The position numbers were made by a program, and so were the translations under genes. From the IMG/VR virus record IMGVR_UViG_3300030102_002633: 64,000 bases of DNA. One strand, given 5' to 3'. The notes beneath the pieces were generated by a model, which was given only the letters and a program-made list of their open reading frames with translations, had not been told where the DNA came from and did no database searches. Positions 1 through 10,568 of this stretch are shown piece by piece. The DNA is from an uncultured virus (IMG/VR IMGVR_UViG_3300030102_002633). Its lineage: Duplodnaviria > Heunggongvirae > Uroviricota > Caudoviricetes. The first letter of the stretch is position 1. Each line of letters begins with the position of its first letter.

Positions 1-402
1 TTACATGGTATAACTAAAGTTCAAGGAAGTCAAAGTCAATTCGGTGTAATTGCTAGTGGTTCTGCTTTTTCGGTTACAGGAGTATTGCCAAGTGGTTCGG
101 TTACAGGTGGAAATGTTTCATATAGAGCAATAAGAGGAACTATTCACATTGATGCAGGGTTAACAAGTAATAACTTTGTAATGACTCAAGACTTTATCGC
201 AAACGCAAGAACTAGTAATGGAGCGTTTGACGTTGTATCATACGGTATGGTCTTTGAAGGACTAACAGACCCTCCATTCCTTGTAGAGTGGGATGAAGTT
301 GGTACAAGTGATATGCCTTTGAAGATAATAAATAACATGGGAACTTCTACAACAAATGCTCTTAGATGTTGGTGGGATTTGACTTTATTCCCCGAAGTCT
401 GA
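1..402 (+). CDS. Partial virion/tail-associated protein (5' truncated)
   Basis: Frame is open from base 1 to TGA at 402; Gly/Ser/Thr-rich, beta-strand-like; directly upstream of the tail fibre. Confidence 0.6.
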   Translation, partial: LHGITKVQGSQSQFGVIASGSAFSVTGVLPSGSVTGGNVSYRAIRGTIHIDAGLTSNNFVMTQDFIANARTSNGAFDVVSYGMVFEGLTDPPFLVEWDEVGTSDMPLKIINNMGTSTTNALRCWWDLTLFPEV

Positions 403-463
403 TAAACTAATATGATATGCGAGATATAGGACATAATGGACAGTGAAATTATGGTGATGGTAA

Positions 464-2941
464 ATGGCAGATGCTAATTTTGTAGTGAAGAAAGGACTTA
501 ACGTTCAAGATGGAGATATCTCCATAAAAGGAAGTAACAAAGAACTCAGATTTTATGAGGGTTCTAACTATGTAGGGTTTGAAGCCCCTGCTCTTTCTGC
601 CGATAAGATATGGGTTTTACCTGCCGCCGATGGTTCAACTGGTCAACTGTTGAAGACTGATGGTAGTGGTAATCTTGGTTGGGTTAATGGAGGTGCTTCT
701 GTCATTGGTGGATTAACCGATGTAACAATGGATATTACTAATTATACAGATGGTATTCTAATCCAAACAAATAGTGATGGTTCAGCACCAACCACAGGGA
801 CGCTAAATGCAGCAGATGGTAACGTAGGAATAGGAAAAGACGTTTTGAGTGCAATAACAAGTGCTGATGCTAACGTGGTTATTGGAAAAAATGCAGGGCC
901 AGCCATTACATCAGGTGGGTTTAATGTTTTATTGGGTGAAAACGCAGGTTCTCAAATCAGCACAGGCTATTCTAATATCGCAATAGGTAGAGGAGCAAAC
1001 AGATACGGTAATGGAAACGAAAACATAGCACTTGGTACTTCCTCAATGATGAACGCTGATTTAACTGGTATTCAGAATATTTGCATAGGTTATAGTGCCG
1101 GAAACAATATCACCACTGGTGATTATAACGTAGTTCTTGGGAACGCAGATGTTGCTAGTGCTACGGGAAATCATCAATTATCTATATCTTCTAATGACGC
1201 TAGTTCTCCTGTAACTTGGATAACAGGCGACTCATCAGGAGTGGTAAATATTCCGGGTTCTTTGACTGTTGCAGGTTCAGCAGTTGGCGGTGCATCATTA
1301 TCTAACGATGCTAATAATAGAATAGTTACCGCAGATGGTTCAGGTGGTATAAATGGTGAAGCCAACTTAACATTTGATGGTAGCACCTTAGCATTAGCAG
1401 GTAAGCAGACTATTACAGTAGCAGATACAGTATCAGAAGCATTCAAGGTTACTATAACAGATACAGATAGCACTGATGACTCTACACCATTCGTTGTTGA
1501 TGGTGATGGTAGAGTTGGAATCGGCACTGCATCTCCTGTAAGTGGTTTCGCCTTGACCCTCAACGGTGATGGCTCTTCTTACGAAGGACTAGCCTTCCAA
1601 GTCGGCGGTTCTACCAAGTTCAAACAAACAACTGATAGCACTGCTATGTATTTCGACAGTGCCATAAACTCAGGCAATATAAACTTCAGAGTAAAGGACT
1701 CAGGTAGTAATCTAAGACCTGCATTGGGTATAGAGGGTTCTAATTATAGTGTAGCAGTAGGATATAACGGAACAAGTGGTTCTAGCCTCAATCCTAAGAA
1801 TACATTCCAAGTTAACGTAGGAACGGAGAATGGTGTTCAGGATAACGATGATGGTATTCTTCTTCTCAATAGCGACCTATCAATAGCAGATGGAGATAAG
1901 ATAGGTGGTATTGGTTTTGCTACTAGGGATGGAAACATACCAAGTGTTACTACTGAAGCAGCAGCAGCGATTGTTGCTTATGCGGCAGAAGACCACAGTA
2001 CAGGAGACAAGGGAGGAAATCTTGCTTTTCTAACATCTGCAATAGATGACGATGATGATACTGCATCTAATGAGAGAATGAGAATAACATCTGAGGGCAA
2101 GGTCATTATCGGTGATACTCCAAACTTTACTACACAACATGATAGCATATCAAAATTCACAATTCAAGGAACAGATGCAGGGATGCTCATAGAGAAACAT
2201 GATGATGGTGCAAGCGGTGGCCCTACTCTTGCACTTTACAGATACTCTGCATCTGTTGCTGATAGTGATTTGATTGGTCAAGTAAACTTTAGAGGTGAAG
2301 GTTCTACTGGTAATCCATCAACCTATATGTCTTTGAGAACAGAGATAGAGGATACCACAGAAGGGTCAAAAGATGGTAAGTTAATTGTTAGAGGATTGAA
2401 AGCAAACAGTCAAACTGATTTCATGTCAGTTGGTTCGACTGGTGTAGAGTTTGAAGGTGGTGCAAAGGTAGGCGTTGTTACTGATGTAACCATAGGCTCA
2501 GGCACAAGTGGAACAACAACAGGTTTCAGACTCGGTGCTAATCAAGAAGCAGGTATGGTTGCGGGAGAAGTTAGTAGTCAATCCACCGCTAATGATGGAT
2601 ATATCGAATTGATGAACATGGATTTAGATTCTTTAACTGGTTCAAGTGGTTTACAGACAATAGAACTAACAGTTCAGATAGAGGATGAAACTAATGAAGA
2701 GGTAGAATCCTTCAAAGCATTAGTTCAAGCATCAGAAAAAACAGTATTGGGAACTACTGCAAGAGCAGTTAACTTTACTGAGTGGGCTATATTGTTTGAT
2801 GGTGCTGCAAGAATAGGAACACTGGCAGCAGATTATGATTCAAGTGATGATACTATTAGAATAAGATATCAAAACAAACAAGGTTCAACTGCAACCTTAA
2901 CTGCAACCTTCTACGCAATTACAATGCAGAATAACACATGA
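464..2941 (+). CDS. Tail fibre / receptor-binding protein
   Basis: 825 aa, G/S/T/N-rich; LPAADGSTGQLLKTDGSGNLGW motif, NxxIGxxAG beta-helix repeats, GRVGIGTASP and ERMRITSEG motifs typical of marine viral fibres. Confidence 0.8.
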   Translation: MADANFVVKKGLNVQDGDISIKGSNKELRFYEGSNYVGFEAPALSADKIWVLPAADGSTGQLLKTDGSGNLGWVNGGASVIGGLTDVTMDITNYTDGILIQTNSDGSAPTTGTLNAADGNVGIGKDVLSAITSADANVVIGKNAGPAITSGGFNVLLGENAGSQISTGYSNIAIGRGANRYGNGNENIALGTSSMMNADLTGIQNICIGYSAGNNITTGDYNVVLGNADVASATGNHQLSISSNDASSPVTWITGDSSGVVNIPGSLTVAGSAVGGASLSNDANNRIVTADGSGGINGEANLTFDGSTLALAGKQTITVADTVSEAFKVTITDTDSTDDSTPFVVDGDGRVGIGTASPVSGFALTLNGDGSSYEGLAFQVGGSTKFKQTTDSTAMYFDSAINSGNINFRVKDSGSNLRPALGIEGSNYSVAVGYNGTSGSSLNPKNTFQVNVGTENGVQDNDDGILLLNSDLSIADGDKIGGIGFATRDGNIPSVTTEAAAAIVAYAAEDHSTGDKGGNLAFLTSAIDDDDDTASNERMRITSEGKVIIGDTPNFTTQHDSISKFTIQGTDAGMLIEKHDDGASGGPTLALYRYSASVADSDLIGQVNFRGEGSTGNPSTYMSLRTEIEDTTEGSKDGKLIVRGLKANSQTDFMSVGSTGVEFEGGAKVGVVTDVTIGSGTSGTTTGFRLGANQEAGMVAGEVSSQSTANDGYIELMNMDLDSLTGSSGLQTIELTVQIEDETNEEVESFKALVQASEKTVLGTTARAVNFTEWAILFDGAARIGTLAADYDSSDDTIRIRYQNKQGSTATLTATFYAITMQNNT

Positions 2942-2950
2942 GGTGATTAA

Positions 2951-3640
2951 ATGGCAAGACAACCCTTTAGACGAACAAAAAGTGATGGAACAATTGATGA
3001 CGGAACAGGTGGAGGGGGCGTACCCGGATATAAGACAATAGATTTGGATGCAACCCATAATAACTCATTTCACAAATCCTTTGGGGCTTTTGGTGTTGAT
3101 GGACAATCAACAGGTTATACCATGAACTTTTTTACAGGCAACAACTCATGGCATGGCTATCCCTTTGTTATGCCTAAAGATGGAACATTGGATTCTATTG
3201 TTGTCCAAATCTCAACGGCTGCATCAGACTCAGGAGATGAGATAGCCGTAGCAGTTTACCCAAGTGATGCTAATGGTAATCCTGAAGGTGAAAGTGCTAT
3301 TGTCCTAAAGACAGACGTAGATGTGACGACTACTGGATATAAGACAATAGATGCCGTAGCAAACGCTACTGTTACCGGAGGAGATATTTACTGGTGGGCT
3401 TGTTGTCCAAAATTAACTACTTGGCCGGGAACTTTGAAGATGAAAACTTCAATAGGAGGAATACCTAATTTATCAGGTAAAATAACAGGAGGTAGCAGTA
3501 CCACAACTCCTTTTTCTGGTGTTTCAAGATGGGGGTCATTCAGTGGCGACCCACCCTCAACATTCGCAGCAAATGGACTACAATACAAAGTGGGTTCTCC
3601 AACTGGTAGATACATATTGTTTAATTTGACTTACACATGA
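2951..3640 (+). CDS. Putative tail-associated beta-sandwich protein
   Basis: 229 aa, GAGGTG RBS, lies between the fibre and its chaperone. Confidence 0.55.
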   Translation: MARQPFRRTKSDGTIDDGTGGGGVPGYKTIDLDATHNNSFHKSFGAFGVDGQSTGYTMNFFTGNNSWHGYPFVMPKDGTLDSIVVQISTAASDSGDEIAVAVYPSDANGNPEGESAIVLKTDVDVTTTGYKTIDAVANATVTGGDIYWWACCPKLTTWPGTLKMKTSIGGIPNLSGKITGGSSTTTPFSGVSRWGSFSGDPPSTFAANGLQYKVGSPTGRYILFNLTYT

Positions 3641-3641
3641 G

Positions 3642-3938
3642 GTGATGAACATGGTAGAGATAAGAAATGAAAGATACAAAACAGACGGAACAGTAGAAGT
3701 AGAAATTTTAGAGATAACTATAACATGGGAAGAGATATTTATTGAAAGAGAAATGATGATGAAGAATACTGATTCATTTGTTCTTCCCGATAGAGGACTT
3801 ACAGAATCTCAGTTATCAGATATCCAAACTTACAGACAGGCATGGAGAGATATCACTGATTATGATACTGCTGATGAGGCATATGAGAACTTACCAGTTC
3901 TACCCGATTGGGTATTGGAAAATGCGTTGGTAGGCTAA
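3642..3938 (+). CDS. Tail fibre assembly chaperone-like protein
   Basis: W..I..ER..M...TD...LPD..LT...Y RQAWRDIT pattern of phage tail assembly chaperones; follows the fibre genes. Confidence 0.7.
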   Translation: MMNMVEIRNERYKTDGTVEVEILEITITWEEIFIEREMMMKNTDSFVLPDRGLTESQLSDIQTYRQAWRDITDYDTADEAYENLPVLPDWVLENALVG

Positions 3939-4390
3939 TCACCAATCATCTAAGTCTTCAAACATCTCAGTCAAACACCTAATGAACATTGCACAGGTAG
4001 AAAATGGTCTATTGTCTATGTTTACCCCCCCTTATTAGTCTATATTTTATGTTGTAAAATGGACTCACAGACGAATTTTGCTCCACGCCCAAATTCCTCT
4101 GATTAGAGAGATTAACAACCAAATCCCTCCAATTGTGCATCCCAATAGTCCCAATCCCAATCAGGATTGTTACATCTGAGATTATCTAATTCGCTATTAT
4201 CCCTACCGTTTTTAACACCCAATACCAAGCCCTCGTAAGTTCTACGCTAATACCGTCATCTTCCATCCCGCATCAACTGGTGTAGAAAATACACCGGAGG
4301 TTAATTTACTTTTTGCACTGAATAGTCAGTTGTTGCTATTAATCGCATAATAGGGAGTATGCGAATCTTGAGGGGTCGAAATTTTTGCAT

Positions 4391-4438
4391 AAAAAAAAGT
4401 TGGCCCTATGGCCGGATTCAATTATCCGACCATAAGGC
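4391..4438 (-). terminator. Hairpin plus T8 tract at the end of the leftward replication module
   Basis: Minus strand reads GCCTTATGGTCGGAT-aattga-ATCCGGCCATAGGGC (15 bp with G:U pairs), then TTTTTTTT; overlaps the last stop codon. Confidence 0.6.
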
Positions 4439-4555
4439 TTTACATTCCCTACATTGCCATATCTTGATTTGCTCAAGACTACCAACATAAGTTCCTTTGA
4501 TGCGTTTTGCAATAGTTGGTTGATTGCAGAATCTACAAGTTTCTCTGAGAGCCAT
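4418..4555 (-). CDS. Small Zn-ribbon protein (45 aa, not in ORF track)
   Basis: MALRETCRFCNQ...WQCRECKALWSDN, two CxxC pairs. Confidence 0.65.
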   Translation of the reverse strand: MALRETCRFCNQPTIAKRIKGTYVGSLEQIKIWQCRECKALWSDN

Positions 4556-4700
4556 CTCTCTGCCTCTCTTCTTCAATCAACTTCTCCATATACTCTTCAA
4601 TACTTTCTTCGGAATATTTACTGTTTCCAAATGCAGCAAAGAAAAGAAGAGAAATTACCAACACAAATACAAACCATGCTAACCATTCAAACGGGGTCAT
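4533..4700 (-). CDS. Small membrane protein (55 aa, not in ORF track)
   Basis: MTPFEWLAWFVFVLVISLLFFAAFG...; TAATG coupling to the upstream gene. Confidence 0.6.
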   Translation of the reverse strand: MTPFEWLAWFVFVLVISLLFFAAFGNSKYSEESIEEYMEKLIEEERQRDGSQRNL

Positions 4701-5296
4701 TACCATTCCACCTCCAATGTCTTTACGGTTTCTTCGTCAAGGGAGAATCCTTTAACCATTTTGTTAGAAACCCCATGTTTCCATAGGTCATAGACCAATT
4801 CGCAGTCTTTTAGACAATATTCTGCTACTTCTGAATACCCACCTGCTTTCCAAACTATTGGAGCATCTGCACTATCCATTATCTTATCACTACCCAATGT
4901 ATGTTGAACTAAGTTAGAAAGAGAATATCTCTCGCCATACTCCTTAGAAAGTATTGCACTGGTATCAATGTATGACTCATTATCCAAATACTTCTTGATA
5001 CAATAGATATCCATAGCATTCTTCAAAACAGGTAGGTCAAAGTTACGAATATTGTGACCCAAAAGAACTCCTCCTTTTTGGAAGTGTTCATCTAAATCAA
5101 ACTTCAAATCAGATAATGGTTTAATCTGAACATTGCTTTTGGCTAATTCATCTACCGCTTTATCAATGTATATTGTTCCCTTGTCGCCATCCCATGTGCA
5201 AACAGTTGATACAAGAAACATATGGGTATTGTCCCATCCTCCAATCTCATAGGAGAAGTTCTTTGTTTCTAAGTCAATTGCTAAAACAGACATCAT
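4700..5296 (-). CDS. DnaQ/RNase H-like 3'-5' exonuclease
   Basis: AIDLET (Exo I), GHNIRNFDLP (Exo II), YCLKDCEL (Exo III). Confidence 0.85.
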   Translation of the reverse strand: MMSVLAIDLETKNFSYEIGGWDNTHMFLVSTVCTWDGDKGTIYIDKAVDELAKSNVQIKPLSDLKFDLDEHFQKGGVLLGHNIRNFDLPVLKNAMDIYCIKKYLDNESYIDTSAILSKEYGERYSLSNLVQHTLGSDKIMDSADAPIVWKAGGYSEVAEYCLKDCELVYDLWKHGVSNKMVKGFSLDEETVKTLEVEW

Positions 5297-5541
5297 TCAT
5301 CATCCTTGTTTGATGCAGTCCATATAGATGCAATTTTATCTGCTTCTGATTGTTTAGGGTCAGGGGCATCCTTTCGGTTTTCTTTTGTTAAGAATCCTAC
5401 TAATTGTGTTTCTCCGACATTCAACATTGCCGCCAATCTCCAACCTTCTGCTCCAAATGCGTTCAGTTGTTCGATTATTACTTTTGGGCCTTCTCTTACA
5501 TCAAATACTAAGTATTGATTTTCTACCGTTATTTTACTCAT
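5293..5541 (-). CDS. Hypothetical protein (LNxxGxEGWRL motif)
   Basis: ATGA-coupled to both neighbours. Confidence 0.6.
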   Translation of the reverse strand: MSKITVENQYLVFDVREGPKVIIEQLNAFGAEGWRLAAMLNVGETQLVGFLTKENRKDAPDPKQSEADKIASIWTASNKDDE

Positions 5542-7112
5542 TGGTTTTCACTCCTTTTTAGTTTAACATATCCGTATCTTCCAACCCTCTTCTCATCAAA
5601 ATGTTCTGATACTTCCTTGTAATTTCTATACACTTGGGCTTGTCCTCTTCTTGTTAAAGTCATAATATGCTGAAATAGTGTGGTTTTATTTATCCATCGT
5701 TCCCCATCAATTGTTCTTGCTTCGGGTGTTTGCGATAATTTAACAAACGCCTTCTTAAACTCTCCTAGCATGGCTCTCTCTTGAAGTGACTTCCTTTCAG
5801 CCTTTAGTGCTAAGTCAAGCCACGACACAAGCGACTTATAGCATTGTCGAGTAAGATATGCGCCCTGCCTAACGTGTTTTTCAGTTACGATAAAACGCTT
5901 ATCCTTGTTTTTGATAACAGTTCCCGATTCAGCAATACAAGAAATAACGGCTAATTTAACCATCATTCCCTGCATACGGGTAATGAAGTTGTTTGCAACC
6001 TCCATAACTGCGGGTCTACTATTCTGCACAAACTGTTGAAACTTGAAGGTTTCATTCTTTATTGCTTGATTGAATCCTTTTGCAAAAGTTACAGTTTTTA
6101 ACGGGTCTTCACCGTTTTCTATGTAGTGTTCTCTTAGAGTTTCATAGATTTGCACAAAAGCATCAGCATATTGTTGGATGGGTTTAGCGTCATCAATAAT
6201 AACACCATAATCATCAGCAATAGTTTCTCTAATCATGTTCTGTTCTTCAATAGGAACTTCCCTAATGTAGATAATAGAGCGTTGCATAGCCCCTGTTTCT
6301 GAAATAGCAGTGGTTAGGGTCTTTGGTATGTATGTAGTAGCCCATGAAGATAGTCTTGCATTGCAAGTAAACTCTCCACCTTCCAACTTCTTCTTTCTAA
6401 TCCTCCAATTCTGACCCCAAAGAGTGTTCATTAGAGTATTTAGATAGTAGATGATGTTGTTTCTATGTTGTGTCTTACTAAAAACACCTGAATCATGAAA
6501 CTCATCGAAGATTAGAAGACCTTCACCTTCAAGTTGACCATAATTTTGGACTGGAACGGTTACTGTTCTTGTTTGTCCTGTATCATCGTCAACAACAGTT
6601 TCCTCTTCATCTCCCATACTTCCGACCATACCTGCATCTGTTGATTCTCCAACCTCAATTACCTGATAACCTGCTCCTTGTCGGTTATGTTCACCAATAG
6701 TCTTGAATGCTTTTTCAAAATCATTGATATCCGAACCATATTTACTATTCAATTCGTCAAAAACCAATTTTGATACTGGCCCAAAGAAATTATACATCTC
6801 AGTCTTACCTGTTCCTGATGTTTGCATCCAAATAACCTGAACTCTTGTGTCAATTCTTCTTTTTCCGGCAGGGATACATACCATATCCTTAGAAATCTGC
6901 CCTAAAAGCAAATAAAATGACAACATAGCGGGAACTTCGTTATTTATTGAAACTTCTACTGCATTTTTTACGTATTTTTCTACAACAGATGGTATTCTAC
7001 TTGCTTTTGAGTATTCTCTTCCTTCTTGAAGCGACTCAAAGTATAATCTATCTATTTCTGCTTCGTATTCATCGTCTTGTCCTAATTTTAATTCATTATC
7101 ATTATCACTCAT
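5538..7112 (-). CDS. mcm: MCM-like AAA+ replicative helicase
   Basis: Walker A QTSGTGKT, STDAGMVG, Walker B LLIFDEF, putative Arg finger MQRS; start reassigned to MSDNDN at 7112. Confidence 0.7.
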   Translation of the reverse strand: MSDNDNELKLGQDDEYEAEIDRLYFESLQEGREYSKASRIPSVVEKYVKNAVEVSINNEVPAMLSFYLLLGQISKDMVCIPAGKRRIDTRVQVIWMQTSGTGKTEMYNFFGPVSKLVFDELNSKYGSDINDFEKAFKTIGEHNRQGAGYQVIEVGESTDAGMVGSMGDEEETVVDDDTGQTRTVTVPVQNYGQLEGEGLLIFDEFHDSGVFSKTQHRNNIIYYLNTLMNTLWGQNWRIRKKKLEGGEFTCNARLSSWATTYIPKTLTTAISETGAMQRSIIYIREVPIEEQNMIRETIADDYGVIIDDAKPIQQYADAFVQIYETLREHYIENGEDPLKTVTFAKGFNQAIKNETFKFQQFVQNSRPAVMEVANNFITRMQGMMVKLAVISCIAESGTVIKNKDKRFIVTEKHVRQGAYLTRQCYKSLVSWLDLALKAERKSLQERAMLGEFKKAFVKLSQTPEARTIDGERWINKTTLFQHIMTLTRRGQAQVYRNYKEVSEHFDEKRVGRYGYVKLKRSENQ

Positions 7113-7114
7113 GT

Positions 7115-7813
7115 TTATATCTCCATTTTTTCTTCTGAATTTAGTGTGTCGTGTATTCTTTTTGCTAATACACCGCCAATTCCATCTAACGCACACAATT
7201 CATTAGATGAGGCTTCTCCAATTTCCATTATTGAACCAAATGTATCAATGAGAGCCTTTGCTTTCTTCTCACTGACACCTTTTATCGTTGTTAGCACATC
7301 AATTCTCAAATCGGTTGTGCTAATCTTACGTTTCTTTACTATTCGGGGAGTGTAAACTTCCCTATCATGTGGTTGCATCTTACAAACTACACAAATCAAT
7401 TGTGCCGCAACTTTTTCATTCTTAACCCACAATAAAGTGCAATCTGTATCCAAAATTATCTTACCCATTGCACCATAGAACTTTTTTGTTAGTAAAACGC
7501 TCTGTGTTGCTTTAGGCATAGTAGACTTAGAATGAGATAGATGGGTTTGTATTGCTTCCTCCATTGTTCCATACAAAATAACTATGTTGTTATCAAATGC
7601 TCTGTCCATGTTATCCATTTGATTCCAAAGTCTATTATTAACAATAGATTGTAAGAAATCAAAGGAAGACTTTGCTTCAAAGCAAACATCGTTGAAAACA
7701 TAATCCCCAATATCTAACCATTCCTTCTCAGTTTGAATATTGAGTTCAGATGCCTTTTCTAAGACTTGTTTAGTCAACTCAGAGTTTTCTCTACTGTCTA
7801 TTTTTAGTTTCAT
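7115..7813 (-). CDS. ERCC4/XPF-family nuclease with C-terminal HhH motifs
   Basis: IDSRE, GDY, FEAKSxxDFLQSI; IKGVSEKKA and LDGIGGVLA HhH motifs. Confidence 0.9.
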   Translation of the reverse strand: MKLKIDSRENSELTKQVLEKASELNIQTEKEWLDIGDYVFNDVCFEAKSSFDFLQSIVNNRLWNQMDNMDRAFDNNIVILYGTMEEAIQTHLSHSKSTMPKATQSVLLTKKFYGAMGKIILDTDCTLLWVKNEKVAAQLICVVCKMQPHDREVYTPRIVKKRKISTTDLRIDVLTTIKGVSEKKAKALIDTFGSIMEIGEASSNELCALDGIGGVLAKRIHDTLNSEEKMEI

Positions 7814-7925
7814 CTAAAATTCTCCTTCAAATACATCCACTGTTCAAGTGTTAGTGGCTTCATACATTCAGCACATTTTCCATAGTGCCAGTCTGTTTGA
7901 TTCCACTTTCTTCCGCAAGAACATT

Positions 7926-8924
7926 TCAATCTACATACCTCCAACATTTTCCTACACAATACCCCTGTGCAATTAGTTTATTACAACTCGGAGTATGATA
8001 TCCTTTAGAAACTATACCACTAACATACATCTTAGTAACATCATAGTTCCAATCCAACCAAACTTCATCGAGAGAAGCAATCTTTTGTAACTCAACCATG
8101 ATAGTGTCAATCACCTTTTCTTGTTGTTCAAGCGAGATGTTTCTTTCTCTTCCTGTAAGTAAATCCCTCCACCAATGTATGAGATACACTCTTGCGTTGT
8201 GGCTTGGATTTTCAACCATAATAGAATTGTGTAGGCATGGTAGTATCGGTAAACTACCGACAGACTTTGGCATTTCAACTTCAATATCAGAAGCCTCAAT
8301 TGGTTCTACTGTTGGAAACTTAATTCTCTTTGAACCGTATTTGATATCTAATGGAACAATGTTTTTGGCTGATTGCAGTATGAAATCTAAATCTTCTAAC
8401 TTGTAGTTGATTGGAATACAGAAGTAGGATTTGTCTTTATCATAGGTAGTGCTGAGATTCATTGAGTTTGGTATTCTTCTCAAGCGATTTATCTGAATCC
8501 CACTACTATCCAAAGTAGGATGGTCTTTAGCCAACTCGGTATAATACTGCTGAATGCACCGGATATCATTTACTCGCTCTCCTAATGCAATTATGTGGAA
8601 GCCTTTACCACTGAAATAACTTCTGAACATAATGTCTTGTGATTCTAACTTCTTAGCCACTTCGACAAAATCATTGTGAGCAAGTTGAAGTGGTTTACCG
8701 TGTGCATCAAAATCTAAAAACATCCTATCTAATATGACAGAAGAATCAATTTGAGTATTGTCATTAATTTCCTCAAAGTCATAGACTGTCGTATAACAAT
8801 TCATCTTTCCATTGAATTGGTTGAACCAATCAAGGAACTCACTTTTTGTTTTTACTACTTTTCTTCTCATTTGTGGAGCGTGTCTTAGATGACTCCCCGC
8901 CCACACTACTCTCGGAAACTTCAT
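7926..8924 (-). CDS. priS: Archaeo-eukaryotic primase with PriL-like C-terminal domain
   Basis: FLDFD, SGKGFH, RLRRIPNSMN; C-terminal LPCL..., PSCNKL and CVGKC Cys cluster. Confidence 0.85.
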   Translation of the reverse strand: MKFPRVVWAGSHLRHAPQMRRKVVKTKSEFLDWFNQFNGKMNCYTTVYDFEEINDNTQIDSSVILDRMFLDFDAHGKPLQLAHNDFVEVAKKLESQDIMFRSYFSGKGFHIIALGERVNDIRCIQQYYTELAKDHPTLDSSGIQINRLRRIPNSMNLSTTYDKDKSYFCIPINYKLEDLDFILQSAKNIVPLDIKYGSKRIKFPTVEPIEASDIEVEMPKSVGSLPILPCLHNSIMVENPSHNARVYLIHWWRDLLTGRERNISLEQQEKVIDTIMVELQKIASLDEVWLDWNYDVTKMYVSGIVSKGYHTPSCNKLIAQGYCVGKCWRYVD

Positions 8925-9210
8925 TTGTATTATCCTCCTTCTTATTAAAATTAATTTTAGCAGTTGTTAACTCTGCTCTTACTGCGTTTGCTACGGATTC
9001 TTTCAATTTAGTTGAGGCAATAGAATAGAACTCCTGTCCAATGTCCTCCCATACTAAATCTAACTTTTCTTTAGCAGATAGTTCTGCGTAGATAGCCTCT
9101 GCGAAACCTTCTACAACACTAGTCATATTCTGCAATTCGGCAAAAGTCCAGTCTTTATTCTTCAACATTATTTTTACTCTATCATCAATTGTTATTGTAT
9201 CATTATTCAT
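8839..9210 (-). CDS. Hypothetical protein
   Basis: 123 aa with GGAGG RBS in the leftward operon. Confidence 0.6.
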   Translation of the reverse strand: MNNDTITIDDRVKIMLKNKDWTFAELQNMTSVVEGFAEAIYAELSAKEKLDLVWEDIGQEFYSIASTKLKESVANAVRAELTTAKINFNKKEDNTNEVSESSVGGESSKTRSTNEKKSSKNKK

Positions 9211-9268
9211 TTCTTCTTCCTCCTTTCCTTGTATGCCTTCTTTCTTCTAAAGTATTCTTTCCATTTCA

Positions 9269-10159
9269 TTATAGCCACCCCGATGATTGGGCTTCGTCAC
9301 AAATCGAGTAGTACGAACAGTTGGGGCAACTACGTGGTTTGTAATCTGTTGGGAATACTCCTCTCTCATATGCGTGAACTAAGTTTGCTAGTCTTTTCAA
9401 TAGAGCAGTAGTGCTTGCCTTCTTTACTTCTTCAAGGTGCATAACGTTGTTCTTAGGAAAGAACCAAGCCCAATGTGTTATCTGCTTATCTCTTGTTAAT
9501 CCTAATGCTTCAATATCTTCATCTGTTGCATAATCGAATAATAACTTGTAGAAAGCCATCTCTAATCTCATATCAGATGCTTTACTGCTATGGTTATACT
9601 TTCCTGTTTTTAATTCCATAGGGATATATCCTTCTTCGACTTCAAACATTCTATCTATAATACCTTGAAGGTGAACAACATAATCTCTTTCTAATCTAAT
9701 TGTAGGAAAGTCCTCACGTCTTATCTCAAACTTAGCATTTAGAGTTGCTTCATTGATTACAGGTAAGAAAGAATCTAATGTTCCCTCTTCTTTAGCATCT
9801 AAGAATCTATTTGCCTCAAAAGAAGCAATAGTTTCATACATATAACTCATCTCATCTAAAGGAAAAAGAGTGTAACAATAGTTTAACAATTCCTCAGATG
9901 AAAGGTTTTCAGCCTTAGCAATGTCGAACTCATTAAAGAAATCCTCTCTTGCATTGTGAACTAAAGTTCCTTGATACATTGCTTCTGTTGTGTCTTGTGG
10001 TTTTTGTTCAATATAGTTGAACTCATATTTCTTAGGACACCATTTGAATCCCATGAACGATGATTTAGTTATCTTAAGTATAGGTAAACTATCATCACCA
10101 TATGTTTCGGGATTCCATTGATATGTGTATTCATTTGTATTACTACTTGGTCTGCTCAT
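9269..10159 (-). CDS. Cas4-like PD-(D/E)XK exonuclease
   Basis: N-terminal CP, GTLVH, GIIDR, ELKTG, C-terminal CxxCxxxxxC. Confidence 0.85.
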   Translation of the reverse strand: MSRPSSNTNEYTYQWNPETYGDDSLPILKITKSSFMGFKWCPKKYEFNYIEQKPQDTTEAMYQGTLVHNAREDFFNEFDIAKAENLSSEELLNYCYTLFPLDEMSYMYETIASFEANRFLDAKEEGTLDSFLPVINEATLNAKFEIRREDFPTIRLERDYVVHLQGIIDRMFEVEEGYIPMELKTGKYNHSSKASDMRLEMAFYKLLFDYATDEDIEALGLTRDKQITHWAWFFPKNNVMHLEEVKKASTTALLKRLANLVHAYERGVFPTDYKPRSCPNCSYYSICDEAQSSGWL

Positions 10160-10568
10160 TTCTTATTCTCTCCATATATTTATTTCTTCTTTCTATTGCG
10201 TTCAATTTATCAACGGTTGAACTACTACCTCTACGAATCTTCTGTCGTTCTTGTATTACCTTATCTACTTCTTCTAAGTTATTGACAATACATTTGTTAC
10301 ACTTACAACCTTCTTCACATTCAGGTATAGTAGGTGCATCAATCAAACCCATTTTAGGCATTCCCTTTTCTACATACACTTGATACCCTATTACATATTT
10401 AGGTTCATCAAACATGATAGTTTGGGCTACAAAGTCTTTCTTCAATTCAACTGCTTCTCTTGCAGAAGTTGCTTTTGTTGGTCTAAACTTTCGATAGAGT
10501 TTGATTAACTTATCAACTCTTTTTTGGTTAGACCATGATAGAGATTTGTATATTCTTCTCAAAACCAT
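10143..10568 (-). CDS. Hypothetical Cys-cluster protein
   Basis: 141 aa, CxxxCxCxxC, overlaps its neighbours. Confidence 0.55.
   Translation of the reverse strand: MVLRRIYKSLSWSNQKRVDKLIKLYRKFRPTKATSAREAVELKKDFVAQTIMFDEPKYVIGYQVYVEKGMPKMGLIDAPTIPECEEGCKCNKCIVNNLEEVDKVIQERQKIRRGSSSTVDKLNAIERRNKYMERIRNEQTK

Noticed and set aside
9269..10159. Cas4 as evidence of CRISPR-Cas
   Set aside because: Solo Cas4-like nucleases are common in archaeal virus replication modules; no cas1 or array is present
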